Origin: Pelomyxa schiedti
Taxonomy: Eukaryota > Protista > Evosea
Direction of reading: 5' to 3'
Assembly: GCA_020536535.1 (NCBI GenBank)
Contig: JAHLWZ010000734.1
Coordinates: forward strand, 4,016 to 68,015
Length of the DNA: 64,000 nt
The notes below the pieces were generated by a model. That model saw only the letters and a program-made list of their open reading frames with translations, was not told the DNA's origin and did no database searches. A program made the position numbers and the translations under genes. Shown here piece by piece: positions 38,693-53,994 of the stretch; the first letter of the stretch is position 1, and each line of letters begins with the position of its first letter.

Positions 38693-40098
38693 CTAGTCTT
38701 CAACCACAGTGGCACCTTTCATGTCCAGTGTTGGTTGTACAACACTGCATTCTAGACCAGCACTCCTAAACATTCTTGCTATCTCTTGTCCAATGTGGTC
38801 CATGTTGTCTGAGAAAAAAGTAGATTACCATAACTCCACAATAAAGGACCAAATACCTGTGCATAAAGCTAGAACGGTGGGACCACTTCCACTAATGACT
38901 ACACCCAGAAGACCACGTAAATCGGGTCTGGTGAAGATGGAATTGTTGAGTTCTAGGATGGAGGAAAGTCCAGGGGCCAGGGTCTGCCGGTAGGGCTGAT
39001 GCACAGTATCACCAATGCAATTAGGGAACTGCGGGATTGAAACGGTTTCGGTTAGTTTAGAGAAGTGTAGGAGGAAAGATACTAAGGAGGTATCTCCTGT
39101 GATAAATCCAACCATGAGGGCTGATAGGTGCTGGATAGTGAAAACCTGATTGGTTCTTGAATGGTGGGTGAAAGAGGAAGTTGGGGGATACCATATCTTC
39201 GCGGCTGTAATGAGTAGGAAGTAGAGTGCGGGCGTGAACAGTCGATTTCTCTTTTTCAGGAATTACAACGACGAACTGTGAAGAGGGTTAAATGAGAAAC
39301 GGCAAGGAATATGTTACTTTGAATTTGTCGTGTAGTGGGAATCTGGTGAATGTAGGCAATGAAGGGTGATTTGGCTTCAAGCATGCTATGCACCCTCCAG
39401 CAAGAGCAGCGGTTACATTGTCTGGGTGGCCTACAAATCTGAGAAGAAAAATGTGAGAGGAATGCTTGCATACCCTCGAGTTCAGATGTGTGTAATAGGA
39501 GTTCTTCGAAAGAAATTGGTAAACGGCACGCATGCTTAGCTATTAAAGCGCCAGCAATCCGGGCTGCTCCACTTGATCCTAGGCCTCTTCCAAGAGGTAT
39601 GGCATTATTAACCTGGAAAATGGATACTTAATAACTTGGGGGTTTGGTTAGAGCACAATACCCTCAATGTAAGGGAGGGTAAAATGGCACCAAACTTTTT
39701 GCTTGTAATGACTGCTGCTTGTACAATCTATTAATATGTGGTCTTAAGGATTAAGAACCAAGAAAGTAACTGGCTAGTAAAAGAGAGTACTTACTACGTT
39801 GGAAGAATCCAGTGGTACAGAACCAGAACCAGACCCACAATGTGTTACGCTCACTGTTCCCAGTCCATTATATTCAGCGGTCACATCAACCTGCCGAAAG
39901 CGAAAAATATCAATGCCTACGGTACTGTGCGCATCCCACAAGCCAAATGCACGGCCACATTCTGAGCACTACCTCCAAGTAAAGGGACACCGCGAAACCT
40001 AGAGAATCAAAGCCAGGCCCAATGTTGCATATTGAGGCAGGCACACGAACTTTGAACGAGCAACTTTTAGTACCTCCCTCCACACTGCAGCTTGACAT
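38693..40098 (-). CDS. thrB: Homoserine kinase (GHMP family), spliced
   Basis: [63 protein letters not shown]. Confidence 0.92.
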
Positions 40099-40366
40099 TT
40101 TCTCCAAGAATCTTTTTGTCTTCAAATGAATTGATACTCCCTCACATCATTTGTCCTGCACAGGACGTTCTGCTCAGCATATCCGTTCCTGATCTCATGA
40201 TTGTATCCCTCTCAATCGCTCCCTATCTGTCACAGGAAAGAGCATTGGAAAGAAGCTTTCCCTACTGGGAAACCTCTGTTGTTTCGTGTTTTTGGCTGTT
40301 TGAGCTTTTCAAGCTAGATGTCTGGGTGTAAGGGCAAACAAACCAACACAAACAACAACAGAAGAA

Positions 40367-41297
40367 ATGGTGGAGCAAATGGTTGGTACGAATCCGCCGA
40401 TTGTGGAGTGCCTAGTGAAGAATGCAGCTAGTTTACCGGACTTAGCTACGATGTGCCACGTTAGCAGGCTCTTTAGGTCCTTTGCCTCACCGTATGCTAT
40501 CGCCCTTGGTTTTTCCCCGCAACCCAAAACGCTACCCCCAATGATTTGGTGAGTTACCTTACTGTTTGTAGAAAGCTTAGGCAGATACGATCGTCAATGG
40601 TAATCTTCCTTCCGCGGAGAGAACCACCCCCAGAGCCTGATCCTGGTCTATATCAGGAGAGGGTGGCAGTACTTGGGGAGAAGGCCACCGGGAAAACGTG
40701 CCTATCTACTCGCTTGCACAGTGACAGTTTCTCTGAGGAATACGTCCCTACTGTGGGTAGTGTGTTTTTCACCAAACCAGTTTTGGAGGGACGCGAAATG
40801 GCAATGTGGGGTATGAACAATATTGCTTTTTCCAAGGAATTTACATGTGTTGAATAGATACCTCTGGTCAGGATATGTATCGGCCACTGGTATCACATTT
40901 CAGCACCTAGTACACTTTTGCCTAACCATTCTCTAGCTTCCGATGTATTATACCTGCGCCAATGTTGTTATTCTTGTGTACGACACCTCAAACAGGGACA
41001 ACGGTTTTGCCTTCGTGCAAACCATTGCTCCCGACGTTCACGCCAAGACACCTGCAGGAAATGTACAAACTTGCAAGTACGGCCTAATGTATGACCTAAC
41101 GACCCAAAAAGATTATACTATGCGGGACTAAGTGTGATTTACCACGAGGGCCAAATGGTGTGTCATTTGAAGAAGGATACAGAACAGCGAAATGTGTTGG
41201 TGCAGTGGCTTTTGTTGAGACATCAGCCAAGACTGGGCAGAATGTTACCAAATTGTTTGAAGCTGTTGGGAAGCTGCTGGCTCCCCATCAGTCCTAA
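40367..41297 (+). CDS. Divergent Rab-like GTPase with an N-terminal F-box-like extension and no prenylation motif
   Basis: LPDLATMCHVSRLFRSFAS; then GEKATGKT, YVPTVG, WDTSGQD, GTKCD, ETSAK; ends LLAPHQS*. Confidence 0.78.
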
Positions 41298-41489
41298 CAA
41301 AGACATACTCCAAAGGAAACCACATGTCATGTAACAGTATTGAACAAACAAAACTATGGAAAGCCTATGTTTTTTCTTCGTGTTTGAGAATAGAGGTGAA
41401 TATGCTAAGGTTTGTGTTTGTTTGTCAAAGGGAGGAAAAACCGCTTGTGGGCTGAAGTCCACAGAAAAATTGATACATGCCTAATCTTA

Positions 41490-42591
41490 CTAGCAACACC
41501 CATTGTTTGGTGGTGGTTCAGGAGCTACGGGGTCTGGGGCTACAACAGGGACTGCATCTTCTGCGGGTTGTAGAGCGTCTGTGATTGAAGAGAGTTCAAG
41601 AACGCATTTTGCAAGCTTTTGCATAGCAACATCTAGTGGTTTAGTTTAAGTCAATAGAAGTTAAACCTAATCTCGGCTTACCTATGTTGGTGTTGTTCAT
41701 TGCAGATGTGGCCACCCTGCAAAAAAATGTAAATCAGCGGTAATAAACTGGAAAAACGTACCAGCCAATGAAGTGGTTATCTTGAACAAACTTGTCAAGT
41801 ACTTCAGGATTCGGTACAGTTTGTGAGTCACACTATATTCTCGTTAGAAATGTTCCGAGTGGGGGAGCTTGTATCACCTTGTTGGCTATAAGCAGGCAGG
41901 GAATGTTCTCTCCATTGGCCAACTTCACTTTCTGATCAACATCTTCTTTCCACTAATAGTTTGAGTAATTAAAATAAAACCCAGTGACTCACTTTTATGA
42001 CACCCTCGAAGGTTGCAGGCCTCTGTAGATCGTAAACTATTTATTTTTGGTGAGTAGGGTTGAAACCGACAGAGAAATATACCTATAAGAGCAGCAATTG
42101 CGTATTTATAGTACGATCGAGTCATACTGCCTTCAATTATTATAAAGTGTGAGGCAAGAAAAGAGTTGTAAAAAGGAGACCGAATCTCTCGTGCCCTGCA
42201 ATGTCCCACAGCTGTTTTAGTTGTTACTTGGAGGATAGAATAGCCTTTAAACAACCTGTAGAGTGACTGTTGTATCGTCAACTGTCACTTCTTTTACACT
42301 AAGCCAAAAAGTTGTTAGTGTTTGTAAAAACAAACTAAAGAAAAAGCGAGTGCTTGGTAAAAGAAAAGTGCTAAGGGAAGAGACCGCACGCGAAATCAAC
42401 GCCAATAGTGAGTTTGTAGTTTGGAGTAAAGATACCCTCGCAATAACGCTTGATGATACTGGTTTTCCCCACGGCATAATCTACGAGGGAGGGAAAAAGC
42501 GCATTACGTTGTTATGTAGGAACAAACAAACGATGAAATGAGTGCCCGCACCGCCAATGACCAGAATTTTATACAAATGTCTCGTCGCCAT
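41490..42591 (-). CDS. RAB32: Rab32/38-family GTPase, spliced
   Basis: MATRHLYKILVIGDYAVGKTSIIKRY, YKLTIGVDFA, LWDIAGHERFGSMTRSYYKYA, IPCLLIANK, TSA, ends NGCC*. Confidence 0.88.
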
Positions 42592-42829
42592 GGCCCTTTG
42601 TTATCTTGCTCGATTTGAAAAAATTATTTGCTTTTACTTCTCCAACACTTTTTTTTCAAACAAGATCAATCTGGTGGCACCTTATCCGGGGATTGAGAGT
42701 GTCAATCTGTCAAAAGTCCAAGTCTCCTTTTACCCGCACGAAGTGGGTATTGTGGCTAGTGCCATAAACCAAGTTGTTTCATAAAATGGCCAGCAATAAT
42801 TCCATAGAATCAGGAATTTTTGATTGGAG

Positions 42830-43819
42830 TTAACTAGAGCCAAGGTATTGCTCTGCAGTCATAAACTTCACTCCTATTTGAGCACACATAGCACGGACTG
42901 TGCGGAGGCCAAATTCCGCATCGGGCATGCCGTAGTCTTCGCCTAGGAGTTGTGTGCAGGCGTCGTGGATGATGCAAACATTAGCCTTTGGGAACATCTG
43001 CTTGGCGTTTGATGCGCTCTGGAAAACACAAATGCCTGAATAGGAGGGATTGATTAGCAGGATTCGGGAGAAAGGGGTTGTGTTGGATACCTAGAACGGT
43101 CCCTGTGAACAAGAAATCAACACCCTCGCCCAATCCATACTGCTTGCGGTACAACGTGAAAGCGTTGTAGTCTGTGTCGTTGACTCCGGCCATAGGCCCG
43201 ATGTGCGCCGTGGAGTACAAGGAAACGCCGTTGAACTCACTCTTGGCAGATATAACGTAAGGATATTCACCAAACCTAGCAGGGTCTACAGACTTAGCAC
43301 CAAATGTTGCCTCCACATCCTCAACAGTGTAGGCAGGAACAGCAGGGTGAGAGTCGCCGTTGTAAGCCTGGAATTGGGCACAGCGCGGCACAATAACAGC
43401 GGCTTTCCATCCCTTAGCGTCGATAACATCCTGAAGTGGCTTGGTCAACAAGCACGAGGTCGACTTCCCAGAATACACTGGCGAAGGGTGAGGCTCGTCC
43501 CTTTTCAGCAAATTGTGTGCCGGATACAAGCCACCTTGCTCCACAAACTCCAATGCGCCGCGGTGATGCACGTCGCACGTGTAGACAGCCCGATCGCATG
43601 CTCTTAAAATTTTAGCAGCTGCAGCCTTCTCCTCTAAAGACGTGCCAGAGTAAAAACTACGCAGGGAAAAAAAAGAAAACGCAAAAAAAAAAAAAAGGCG
43701 TTAAACAACGAGCTGGTGCATTTTATGAAGGGGGATGCACCCCACCTGCCGTTCGGATCGACGAATGCCTCACTCCAGTCGACAAGTACGTTAATTCTCA
43801 CAGGCCTCCTGGTTGCCAT
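42830..43819 (-). CDS. Isochorismatase-family cysteine hydrolase, nicotinamidase/PncA-like, spliced
   Basis: VLVDWSEAFVDPNG (Asp), CDVH...EF...YPAH, AKSEF (Lys), spliced TGTVLGICV (Cys), IIHDAC. Confidence 0.75.
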
Positions 43820-44053
43820 TTTTTTTATTTTTTGATTTCTGCAGCAGGTCAACTTGATCAGCGCAGGGAACTGCTGTCTCCAGAGAGTTAAGGACTTGTC
43901 GACTGGAGGGTGCTTGTATTCTCAATAAGCAGAATCCTACTCCCAAAGGTTTCTTTGAAAAGAGTCCCCGGCGAACCTTTCAAATAAATCTGTCAAAAAC
44001 CGAACCAAGCGAACTCATAAAAATAACAAACAAATAAAAAAAAACCAAAGGCG

Positions 44054-45045
44054 ATGTCGGCCACGCCCGTAGCACCGGCGTCAGGTGGAGGCGATAGGGT
44101 TAAGTTGGTGGCCGTTGGAGATGGTGCAGTGGGCAAGGTAGGGTGGTTCTCCCCCTATCAATCGGTTTTTCACGTCGCCGTAGACTTGCTTGCTCATTTG
44201 CTACGCAAAAAACGAATTCCCAGAGAAATACGTACCAACTGTACACTCCCGTTCCCTTCACTTCCTAAAAGAAAGCAAACCCCATCACCCCATTTGCTTG
44301 CCAAAATGCACGTGCACAACATTCTTAACCAAGCAAAGGTTTTTGAAAATTATGTAAAAGTTGTAAACAGACCAACGGTAGGCCACCCTCATTCTAATGG
44401 TAATTCCATAACACGGTTTACACGACAGGGAGAATTATGCTTTGAATTGTGGGATACTGCTGGTGTGTCGTTGATTTTCCATTATCCTCACTTATATTCC
44501 AAAGGCCAGGAAGACTTTGATCGTCTTCGCCCCTTGTCGTATGCTGTTGACAAGAAGCAAATATCTCTGCTCACTTTCGCACTAGATACCCAGATACTGA
44601 CATTGTGTTGATATGTTTCAGTTTAGTCTCCAGGAGATCCTTCGATAACGTGAAGGTAAAGGGTTGTTGTTTCCATTTGTAGGGCTCAGTTTAAATAGGA
44701 TCGATGGTACCTAGAAATTAGACATTACTGTCCAGGTACAACAAGAAATAAAAATGTAAACCATAAGTAATACTCTTCTTAGATGTACCAACCATTGTTG
44801 TTGGTCTCAAGTCAGACCTACGCGATGCTAATGCCGCAGATGCTATGACAGGCAAAGTTGACAACATAAGCACTGAGGAAGGCCAACAAGTGGCCACGAG
44901 TTTGGGGGCATCCGTGTACATGGAAGCAAGTGCCAAGACTAGGAAAGGGTTGGATGAAGTGTTTACTGCGGCGATAGACATTGCTATGACAAAAAAGAAA
45001 CCCGCAACCCCACCAGAGAAGAAGAAGCGGTGCAGTATCCTCTAA
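44054..45045 (+). CDS. Rho/Rac-family GTPase, spliced
   Basis: KLVAVGDGAVGKTCLL, YVPTVFENY, LWDTAGQEDFDRLRPLSYP, VGLKSDLR, EASAK, polybasic tail with CAAX (KKKRCSIL*). Confidence 0.93.
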
Positions 45046-46003
45046 AAAGTTTTGTGTTTGATGCCTTGTAAACCAAAAAGTGTTGTGAAAATTTTTCTCC
45101 AAACCCCAACAAACAATCATCACAAAAAATCCCAGCCTCTTTGTTGCTACCAAAAGCCGAAAGTTTGAGCCCAATACCCCCACCAACCAGTGCACCAACC
45201 AACAAGCAAAGCAACAACAACCGACACCAAGAGAAGAGGGTGCCACGTTGTCTGATATCGATAGATATGGGGGAGTACATACACAGCAGGACTGTGATAA
45301 TCGGAGGGAGGGCTGGTGACGGGAACTCAACACGATGGGGGTCATTGTCTGAGTGGGACGAGCCTGGCTGGGGCATGCGCTTCTACGTACGTCCCAACAC
45401 ACCTCGTATCAATATCGTAATACTGGTTGTGCTGTGCTGTAATCTTGCTTTTAAATAATAATAATAACGGGGTTAATTATCTATGGGAAAGATTGACGAG
45501 TAGATAGGTTGATCAGGATGGTGTGGTGAGTGGCGGAAACTCGAATGAATCTTCAGGGCCACAAAAGAGAAAAACCTACACTGGAACATTCAGAAACAAT
45601 CACCTCAACGTAACCAGCAACCACGGTGTACTATATCAAGCTGATGTCAAGGTCTGTTTGATTTTGCAGTACTATTATCTATTATATTATGGAATACTCT
45701 ATGCCCACAAGTCGCAGTACATTACATATTTCCTCTTTCTTTCTTTCCTTACCTTATTCACACAATACAAACAATCACTTTCCAAACACAGGATGGTGAA
45801 ATGTGCACTATATACATATCGCACCCTACATCAGGCAACGCCCTTGGAAAAGGACGAGTTACTATCAGGAATGGTGGTGTTGTACAGCTAAACTAATCAT
45901 AGATACCTTTGCCTCGGTAATGGCAAAAAACCAAAAGAAAATTGTATTTTTTTTTTAAACACAAGTGTTATTTTGAATAAAAGGACGATGTGGTACTCCC
46001 ACA

Positions 46004-49458
<3,455 letters not shown>

Positions 49459-49599
49459 TTGATCTACGCAGAACAAATAAAAATCTGCAAACGAAAAAAA
49501 AAAAAAGAAAAGGGCAGAGTGCAGTTGCCCGGCAGGCAATTAACCTAACAGATCTGTTTCGTTTCGTATCGTTTTTTTCCCACTTAGTTTTTTTTAATG

Positions 49600-52519
49600 T
49601 CACACAGCTTCGTGGGCCGTGCGTGAAATGATCTCGTCTTGTAGACTCTTCCCTAGATCACAGAAATAATCGCTGTATCCCGCAACACGCACGATGAGAT
49701 CTCTGCAAGTAAAACAGCATGTGAGATTGATTGTTAGGAACAAGAAAAGGACGAGATGGAGGGGGTCACCTGTATTGTTCTGGGTGGTTCTGGGCTTGTA
49801 TCAAGGTCTCGCGGTCAACGACATTAAATTGTATGTGGTGGCCGTCTAGTTTGAAGTATGTCTTTATCAGATTAACGAGTTTATCCAGTGCTGCATCTCC
49901 TTCAAGCACCTTTGCGATATTAATTGGCAGAAAGAAAAGGTAGGTGAATAGAATAACCTTTGGAGTAAATCGCATATTCAATAGGGTCCCGCCGGTGCGA
50001 ATATGATCCATTTTTGCAACAGATTTCAGAACCGCTGTCGGTCCGTTACGATCTGCACCTTGAACAGGAGATACCCCTTCTGATAATGGGAGTCCAGCCT
50101 TTCTACCATCTGCACTTGCCAGTGTCACCGAGCTACATCTTTAAGCAACCAGAAAAAAGAGAAGTCAAACATACCCAAAATAGACATGGCAAGTTGTTGG
50201 GAGCATCATTACGTGGTACCAACCACCCTTAGTATTTGGTCGGCCCTCTACGCATTGTACAAATGACTCAAACACCTGGCACATGATGGAATCCGCTTCA
50301 TCATTATCATTTCCATATTTCGGAGTATGGTTCTGAAGCATCAATCTTATTCGCTCCCCACCAAGGCCACTGAAATTACTTTTTAATGCGGCACTTAATT
50401 GGGCTGCTGAAATTTGACTTGCAGTTGAATCATGTTGGAAAAGGAGATGATTTAATGCAGATAGGCAATCGGTAATAGTTCCTATTCCTACACCCTGAAT
50501 GTAGGTGTTGTTGTACCGAGCTCCTCCACTGTTGTAGTCTTTAGCTTTTTTAATACAATCAGAGACCAGAATCGATAAAAATGGAGCTGGCATATTTTCT
50601 GCATATAGTCGTTCAATTACATTATTTCCTCGAACCTGGTTCATTTGTTAACAACTTGAAATGGTGGAAAACATACCTTGATATCAACGAAATGTTTCAA
50701 CTGTGTCCGAAATGAAGACAGAATATCGGCAAACGAATGGAAACTCTCAAGTGTTACTCCTGTGGGAACTCCAATCATGTTTCCGGTGCGGGCATCCAAG
50801 CCCCCATTAAGTGCAATTTCCAGTATTTTCGGCAGGTTGAGGTATCCTGTGAGGTTGCAGTTTTCCTTTCCATAACATGACACCTCCACACATCCACTTG
50901 AGCCACCTTCCCTAGCATCGGCTAGAGAAGCACCGTTTCTCACGAGTTCCTGTACTATTGCATCGGTATTGAACATAGAGGGCTGGCCAAAACCAGTCCG
51001 AGAAATTCTTGCTGCATGCTTTAATAAGGAATCAGGGCTCCGCTTGCTTACTTGGACTGAAGCACTTGGTTGAAGAAGTCTCATTTGTTCAACTACGTCG
51101 AGTATTGCATGGGTTGCTGGTGTTGTGGCATCAGAGCCATCGTTGTGCAAACCCCCAACACCAATTTGGGCAAAATCTGTATATGTCATACTCTCTGCAG
51201 CTGTTACACCGGTTTTTGGGGGTGCTGGTTGATTGTTGAATTTGATCCAAAAGCATTGCAACAATTCACGTGCTCCTGTTTCTCCCATTTCCTCGGACGA
51301 ACAGGCTTCAGTCCACCATCCAGCAATATGTTGATCCAAATGCCCAGGGGAGAAAGAATCCCACGTATTCAACTCGGTCGTAACTCCAAGATGGCAAAAC
51401 CAATACATTTGCAGAGCTTCCCACAAATTACTAGGCGCGTGTGCTGGTACCTTCCGGCATATAGTAGCTATCTTCTCTAGTTCACCTTTTCTCCTAACCT
51501 GTTCAGGTGTTCCACTGACAGGTATGGCCTCTGCCATCTCAAGAGCTCGTTGTGAATAGCGAGTCGAGAGCGTAATGAGAGACGTTGCACAAATTCGCAT
51601 TGCGTGTAGTTGTTCTGATTTACTATGTGCCATAGGGTCGTTCAACCAATCAAGTAAAGAAAGCTGAAGGTCGATTTCTTCAATAAAGTTAAGCATTCCT
51701 TTGTGATAAATCTTATTATCTAGAACACAATGTCCAGGTGCTCTCTATGGCACAATGGTAGGTTGAGAGGAAAAAATTGAAGGTGCACCTGTTCCATGAA
51801 TTCCGTGAAGATCCCAGCCTTGTATGCCTGGATCCAATCGGGAGTCATCTTGGAGAAGATTACCTCACGTATGCTGCGCCCTGTCCAAAATGGAATAACT
51901 TTTTCTGCAAAAACCTATCCTGCTCAATGAGCCAAACGATGCGAATCACTCAGAACAGACCTGTCTTGTTTCAGTGGTTACATGAAATGGAACCTTTTCT
52001 CTTGAATTGAGGCAGTCGAGGTCTTCCAACGAATGGCAACACAACTCAGGATAAGTTGGGCAGTGCTTAGGGGCCGGACCCTTCTCTCCAACTATGAGCT
52101 CATCTTCCCCAATGTAAATTGTGCAATGAGAACATAGATACTGGAACAACAGTGCCCGGATTCTTACAGGGCTCGTTGTTACCAATGAACAAAATTCCTT
52201 TTTAGTTAAAACAGAGGTTACTGGAGCCACACCGGAAAGAAACAAATCCAAAACAACACTCAAGTAAAAAAAAAAAAAAAAAAAAACAAAAAACAGAAAA
52301 GTTGAAACAACAAACTGAGACACAAGAATCTGCCAACGGTTGAGTAGAGCAGCCCACGTAAAAATCAGTTACGAGGGACGCCCTCTCACAGGACAGAGCC
52401 TCACGTGCCCTCACACTTCCTTCACGTAGCCTCCTCACCCTCTCCGTCGCCATCATCCCATAAGTGGAAGTAGCTGCTGCTGTGCCCACGTCCGTTGCAC
52501 CGCAGCACGAAGTAGTCAT
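49600..52519 (-). CDS. hypD: Glycyl radical enzyme, trans-4-hydroxy-L-proline dehydratase (HypD)-like; 7 introns, about 823 aa
   Basis: [60 protein letters not shown] (Cys at 50890-50892), LTGYLN, MLPTTCH, RVAGYS (Gly at 49678-49680). Introns at 49703-49769, 49910-49957, 50133-50174, 50636-50676, 51745-51788, 51915-51960 and about 52198-52357 give an in-frame product. Confidence 0.9.
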
Positions 52520-52594
52520 TTACTTCCCGTTGCGCTTTCTTGAAGTTGTCACAGACTTCGCAGAAAAAGGGGATTGATGCTTTGTTGATAGCGA
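52520..52594. promoter_or_regulatory. 75-bp ATG-to-ATG interval, probable bidirectional promoter with a central dyad
   Basis: TTTCT-T-GAAGT-N8-ACTTC-GC-AGAAA at 52536-52566, between the divergent start codons. Confidence 0.55.
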
Positions 52595-53759
52595 ATGAGA
52601 ACTTCGTCTTGTGCTGATGCGGGTGCACGCGGAATGTTGTTTGATGTGAGGCGGTTCTCGGTGAATGACGGTCCGGGTATCAGGACAACTGTGTTCTTCA
52701 AAGGGTGTCCTTTGTCCTGCCTTTGGTGTCACAACCCTGAGAGTCAGGTGTGCTTTTTTACTACTACACGTAAACTTGTAGGCTACGTTATACTAATAGG
52801 TTGCGGCATGCAACTTCGCTTGCCTTAACTTGGTGGTATTTTTTGCCAGTCATATGCCCAGGAAGTAATGTTCCATGAAAACCGTTGTATTAAATGTGGA
52901 GCTTGCGCGGAGGCATGCACAAGTGGAGCCATCAAAAGAACTTGTGTGGATGATTCCACCTCTGTAGTAACGGTAGACCAGTCTCTGTGCACGTCGTGTG
53001 GGCGGTGTGTACCCCTCTGTGTAGCGGACGCCAGACTTCTTGTTGGGAGAGAGTACACTGCCAGCCAAGTCATGCAAATAATAGCTCGTGACATGGAATT
53101 CTATGAGGAATCTGGGGGAGGCGTAACGGTAATTCATCACCTCTCTTATCCTTAATTGAAATCATACACACAAAAAAATTGGTCAGTTCTCTGGTGGGGA
53201 ACCGCTCTCACAACCAAAGCTTCTCAAGGAGCTTCTTCAACTATGCAAATCAGCAGGAATTCACACAGCCGTGGACACCTGTGGGCAAGCAGCCTGGTCA
53301 GTGTTCAGTGAGATATTCCCCCTGGTCGACTTGTGGCTCTACGATATCAAAGCAGCATCCCCGTCCACACACAAGCATATCACAGGCAAGGATAACAGTC
53401 TGCCAATCTCCAATCTCCGGCAGATCACCTCACTGGGTGCCACTGTGATCATCCGCGCTCCAATTGTTCCTACTCTCAATGACTCACTGGAGGACATTGA
53501 AGGGTTGTGTGGAATTCTTGTGGGACTGTGTGCCATTCAGCATACTGCAGTGATAGGTGATTCTAATGGAGTACAGCACCCCACTGCCCAGGAAACACTG
53601 TCCCTCGAAGTAATGGGGTATCACAGCATTGGAAACCATAAGTATGCAGCTTTGGGCCGTAAGTACCAACTTGCTGCCCTTATGAGTTTATCACAAGAGC
53701 ACAGCGCTACAATTCAAGCCCACATAAGGCAACGTGTTCCCAACATCAAATTACTATAA
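52595..53759 (+). CDS. Glycyl-radical enzyme activating enzyme (radical SAM with a 2x[4Fe-4S] ferredoxin insert); 2 introns, about 334 aa
   Basis: [81 protein letters not shown]. Introns at 52748-52849 and 53129-53186. Confidence 0.95.
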
Positions 53760-53994
53760 AACAAAAGAGAAAGATCATACACAACATAGATAAACATTGG
53801 GACTCACACTTTTTGGCATAAACGGGGCAGAAAAGGTACTGGTTCTCTGTACCCTGTGAAGGGAAAATGCTGAAATGTCTGGACCACATCTGGACCATTC
53901 TACCGTTTCGTGGTCGTTCCAGGCTCCTAGGAGCATGACATTCCAATAGAACCTAATACCCAAAATATTCAAAGTGCGAGTACCAAACTTTGCC

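Noticed and set aside
40367-45045. Three small GTPases as a tandem cluster
   Set aside because: They belong to different families and orientations, so they are not local duplicates.
49600-52519. Pyruvate formate-lyase or choline TMA-lyase call
   Set aside because: It lacks the PFL adjacent Cys-Cys motif and the CutC GCVEP context; the surrounding motifs match HypD.
49600-53759. Bacterial contaminant or endosymbiont insert
   Set aside because: Nine spliceosomal introns with host-like poly(A/T) tracts, and eukaryotic genes on both sides.
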